This document shows, one piece after another, positions 50,240 to 64,000 of a stretch of 64,000 nucleotides of DNA. Source of the stretch: Macrostomum lignano (taxonomy: Eukaryota). The notes beneath the pieces are model-generated. The model was not told the DNA's origin, made no database searches, and worked only from the letters and a program-made list of their open reading frames with translations. The stretch's first letter is position 1. Every line of letters begins with the position of its first letter. The stretch is taken from NCBI GenBank assembly GCA_002269645.1, contig NIVC01001326.1:43792-107791 (forward strand), given 5' to 3'. The position numbers and the translations under genes were made by a program.

Positions 50240-51040
50240 TTTAGAGGGTATGCCAGGGTCTCTAGAGGGTGTGCCAGGGTCTCTAGAGGGTGTGCCAGTG
50301 TCTCTAGAGGGTGTGTCAGGGTCTCTAGAGGGTGTGTCAGGGTCTCTAGAGGGTGTGCCAGGGTCTCTAGAGGGTGTGCCAGGGTCTCTAAAGGGTGTGC
50401 CAGTGTCTCTAGAGGGTGTGCCAGGGTCTCTAGAGGGTGTGCCAGGGTCTCTAAAGGGTGTGCCAGGGTCTCTAGAGGGTGTGCCAGGGTCTCTAGAGGG
50501 TGTGCCAGGGTCTCTAGAGGGTGTGCCAGGGTCTCTAGAGGGTGTGCCAGGGTCTCTAGAGGGTGTGCCAGGGTCTCTAGAGGGTGTGCCAGGGTCTCTA
50601 GAGGGTGTGCCAGGGTCTCTAGAGGGTGTGCCAGGGTCTTTAGAGGGGTTCTGGGATCTCTAGAGGGGTTTCTGGGGTCTCTAGAGGGTGTGCCAGGGTC
50701 TCTAGAGGGTGTGCCAGTGTCTCTAGAGGGTGTGCCAGGGTCTCTAGAGGTGTTCTTGGATTTCTAGAGGGTTTCAAGGGTCTCTAGAGGGTGTGCCAGG
50801 GTCTTTAGAGGGGTTCTGGGGTCTCTAGAGCGGTTCTGGGATCCCTAGAGCGGTTCTGGGATCCCTGTAGGGGTTCTGGGATCTCTAGAGGGGTTCTGGG
50901 GTCTCTAGAGCGGTTCTGGGATCCCTAGAGGGGTTCTGGGATCTCTAGAGGGGTTCTGGGGTCTCTAGAGAGGTTTCTGGGGTCTCTAAAGGGGTGTGCA
51001 AGGGTCTTTAGAGGGTGTTCTGGGTTCCCTAGAGGGGTTC
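50240..51040. repeat. 21-bp minisatellite GTCTCTAGAGGGTGTGCCAGG, degenerating to GGGGTTCTGGG variants
   Basis: Tandem array; source of the VPGSLEG ORFs. Confidence 0.93.
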
Positions 51041-51383
51041 TGGGCCACTAGAGGGAATCTTCTGGGGTCTTTATAATAGAAGGGTGGCATGCATGCATGT
51101 TCTCTACTCTCTATACATTTAGAAGGGGGGCCGCAAGGATAATCTGGGTCTCTGAGAGGGTCAAATGCAATGACTTTGCAGCTGGCCTCTACATGAGCGC
51201 CAAAGCATTAATGTGCACATCCATTATGAGCTACATTATACATTATACATTATACATATACATGTACATGTATTTTGGATAATTTTGGTTTAATCTATAG
51301 CCTATCAGGTATAACTGCAAAGAATTTTACAATCACCTGTAAATTAAACAGACGCTGAGAATTTTTGGCTTCAGACTCGGAGC

Positions 51384-52015
51384 CAAGGACTTCTAGACTA
51401 ACAGGACGTAAAACTCAAAGATCGTGCAATTTTTTGGAGGCCACGATTTCCTGGAAAAAATACACTGCGAAGATAGGAAAAAAGGAAATAGGTTGGTTAC
51501 CTAGGCTTGAGAAAGCTGTATTATCAGTTTTTAAGCCAAGCCTATATTTAGGACTAAGATTTAAGAAGAATAGACTTAATCACAAAAATAGACCCTAACC
51601 ATTTTTACTAGGTATCTATAAGAAAAAACATTGATTAGTCCTTTTATAACTTTTATTTTAAAGGCTAAAAATATTATTATATTACAAATTTGAATAGCTT
51701 TTCTTTTCTTGAATTTGATATTTGGCTAATGCCACTTGTGAGTTTGCAACTTTGGGCTTATGAAATAAAGTGAAAACAATATGAAAATGAAAACTTCACT
51801 ACACAGCTATATGAAAATATAATAGAGTAACATATTGTGCATGTTAAATTAAAAGAATGGTAGTCTTCACTGCCCCAGATCAAATACAATCACAGATTTT
51901 GTGACGAAAAACAGATTTTTTCCTATCTTCGCAGTGTATTTTTTCCAGGAAATCGTGGCCTCCAAAAAATTGCACGATCTTTGAGTTTTACGTCCTGTTA
52001 GTCTAGAAGTCCTTG
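51384..52015. mobile_element. Non-autonomous DNA transposon (MITE), 632 bp, 100-bp TIRs, 8-bp TSD (hAT- or P-superfamily type)
   Basis: TIRs 51384-51483 and 51916-52015 (CAAGGACTTCTAGACTAACAGG...) appear perfect; direct repeat CTCGGAGC at 51376-51383 and 52016-52023; AT-rich non-coding interior. Confidence 0.9.
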
Positions 52016-53899
52016 CTCGGAGCATGCACAGAGTACAACACGTACGTTGCATACGGTTTACGAGTACATGTATCTCATCCTGTTACATGCATTTCTATCA
52101 AAATTAATATACTGTTACTGCCCTAATACAACTAGAAGTATTAGACACTCTCGTTTTAGTTAGGGATATTTTACGTAAATCGTACACGCATATACATGTA
52201 AGTACATGCAAATTTGGCTGATATAGTAACATGTACATTTACGTACATCACGCATACATGTTCGACGATGCAGCGAAATGCAGAATGCAGCCAAAGATAT
52301 GTAACTATTATTGCTTTATTTTTTTTTACTTTTAAAAGATTTACATGTATGCATACAATGTTCTATGAGTATATTATCATCATAATTTTTTCGATTTTAA
52401 AAAGCACGTTTTGATTCTGATAAAAGGCGAGTATCCTAGCCGTGATAAAAAATAAAAAGTCGAATGATATATAAACACAGTACACTGATGGCACAGCTTT
52501 ACAACATGTTTCTTAATGGTCGTAAATTACCTGTACACATGATGTTGTACATGTAGCTTTACAAACAGCGTTTTAAGGACGGGTTTACATGTACATGTAA
52601 ATGTAAAATCATGTGAGCTCACGTATCTGTAAAAAATGAAAGTATACGTGTACGATAATACCTGCGTATGATCTCTAGCGGTACCAAACTAAATACTTAC
52701 AAAGTACACAAACCTACACAAAATACTGTTCTTGCAAAGTGCTTCATGTGATATTCTGCACGTACTGTGATTTTTAATACATGCACTTCAAAATGAAACC
52801 GATAAAGCCTGTGTTGCATCAGATGTTTATATTTTAAACAATTCGTCTTTATTATTGAGGCAAAATTCCAGTTAGACTCTCTGATCATTTTTGCCTGATT
52901 TAGTACCAGCATTAACGTCATAACATTTAAACAGAGCCGAAATTTTTGTTTCAGTAAAACAAAGTAGAGAAGCATTATAACTTATCTTACTGGTAGGTGT
53001 ATAAATAAGTCATTTTTAATTATTAATTCATTTATGATACATTTAAGACTAATTAAAATAGGGTTTTTGCACCATGCTTAAATTTACATGTGTTTACTTT
53101 GATGCAGATTTAATGGCGACTAAATTAAATTCCTCAAATTCTCAATTCTCAAACAAACATTATCTACTCTAAAGACTCTACATTTTTGTTATGTCATCGT
53201 TTCATTGTTGATGGTTTTGAGATATAACTGCATTACACTGGTTAGTATTGAATTGACGCAGGGACTGTAGTAATATAGTAAGCATTGTAGCCCATGTACA
53301 TAGCTCAATTATTGAGTCAATAGAGAAGAGCTTGTAGCTAGTAAATATGTTTTACCCTTTATCTTCATTAAAATTTCGTAACCTATTTTTAAAGAAAATA
53401 TCAAACTATTTTTATAATTATATTTTTCAATAACAATAAATGTATGCAATAGGGAAGTACAAATTCAACTCATGAATTTTCTTATGAAATAGAAATTTCG
53501 TGGCTTAAATGTATGCTACATTTTAATCCATATTCTAGCTAAAGATTGAAATAACAAAGTATTAAAAATAACAAAGGATTAAAATAACAAGGATTGACAA
53601 AGTAAGTCTGTAATGCTAAATGATATATTACTTCTTGTACTTTTCTTATTTTAGGAATATATATAGGACTAGTAGAAAAGGCTAAATTATGTTATTAACT
53701 TGTGTAAGCTTGTTTTGTTCAATCAAGTATATTTTAATATATCTTCATTAATTGTTGCTTTAATATTTTAGTTCATTTTAAAACTAAGTTACCTAAATTC
53801 CAAAACGTCCATTAAAATTATTAGAATTATCTCAAAATGCTTTTATATCAGGTTTTATAGAAATTTACAATTGCAGCAATAGCCACCCAAAGCCCCTCC

Positions 53900-63785
<9,886 letters not shown>

Positions 63786-64000
63786 GTAATTTTGGTGCTG
63801 TTAAGAAGCAAGAATTTGCATTAGCTTATTCGGCTAGTGTTTAGCATATTACATTATTGATGATAGATATCCCATGCCCAGATATCCTGTTTGAAACTAA
63901 TCTACTGCATGCTTTACTACGGCTCGTAACTAAAGCTAGTTAATCCCATGATAATGCCTTTTTATAGAGTTAGCTTTATATAGCTAAATACCACTTTAAC

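Noticed and set aside
52020-53860. Frequent TACATGTA/ACATGT palindromes
   Set aside because: Short motifs in AT-rich intergenic DNA with no regular spacing or larger structure.

Overview
This is eukaryotic (animal) genomic DNA, not prokaryotic. It shows GT-AG introns, GC-rich exons, a tRNA-derived SINE family and very dense intronic minisatellites. The style suggests a free-living flatworm such as Macrostomum, but that is inference only. Most long ORFs in the supplied track are artefacts of tandem repeats. Manual, phase-consistent exon assembly supports six genes: (1) the N-terminal TM1-TM2 of a class A GPCR running off the left edge (-); (2) a 313-aa short collagen with an N-terminal signal-anchor, basic furin-type sites and a C-terminal hydrophobic GPI-like tail (+), present as a near-complete copy plus a truncated upstream tandem duplicate; (3) a two-exon DEG/ENaC channel (-); (4) a five-exon orphan proline-rich protein (-); (5) MORN5 (+); (6) a multi-exon helical (ARM/HEAT-like) protein (+) running off the right edge. 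Mobile DNA includes a 632-bp MITE with 100-bp TIRs and an 8-bp TSD, a 30-bp perfect palindrome flanked by an 8-bp direct repeat, SINE copies, and possible Crypton-like and Ty3/gypsy-like remnants. No CRISPR array, rRNA or intact tRNA was found. The most interesting observations are the apparently doubly anchored collagen with complementary lesions in its two copies, and two oppositely oriented arrays of the same 14-mer bracketing a frame-neutral pair of exons.
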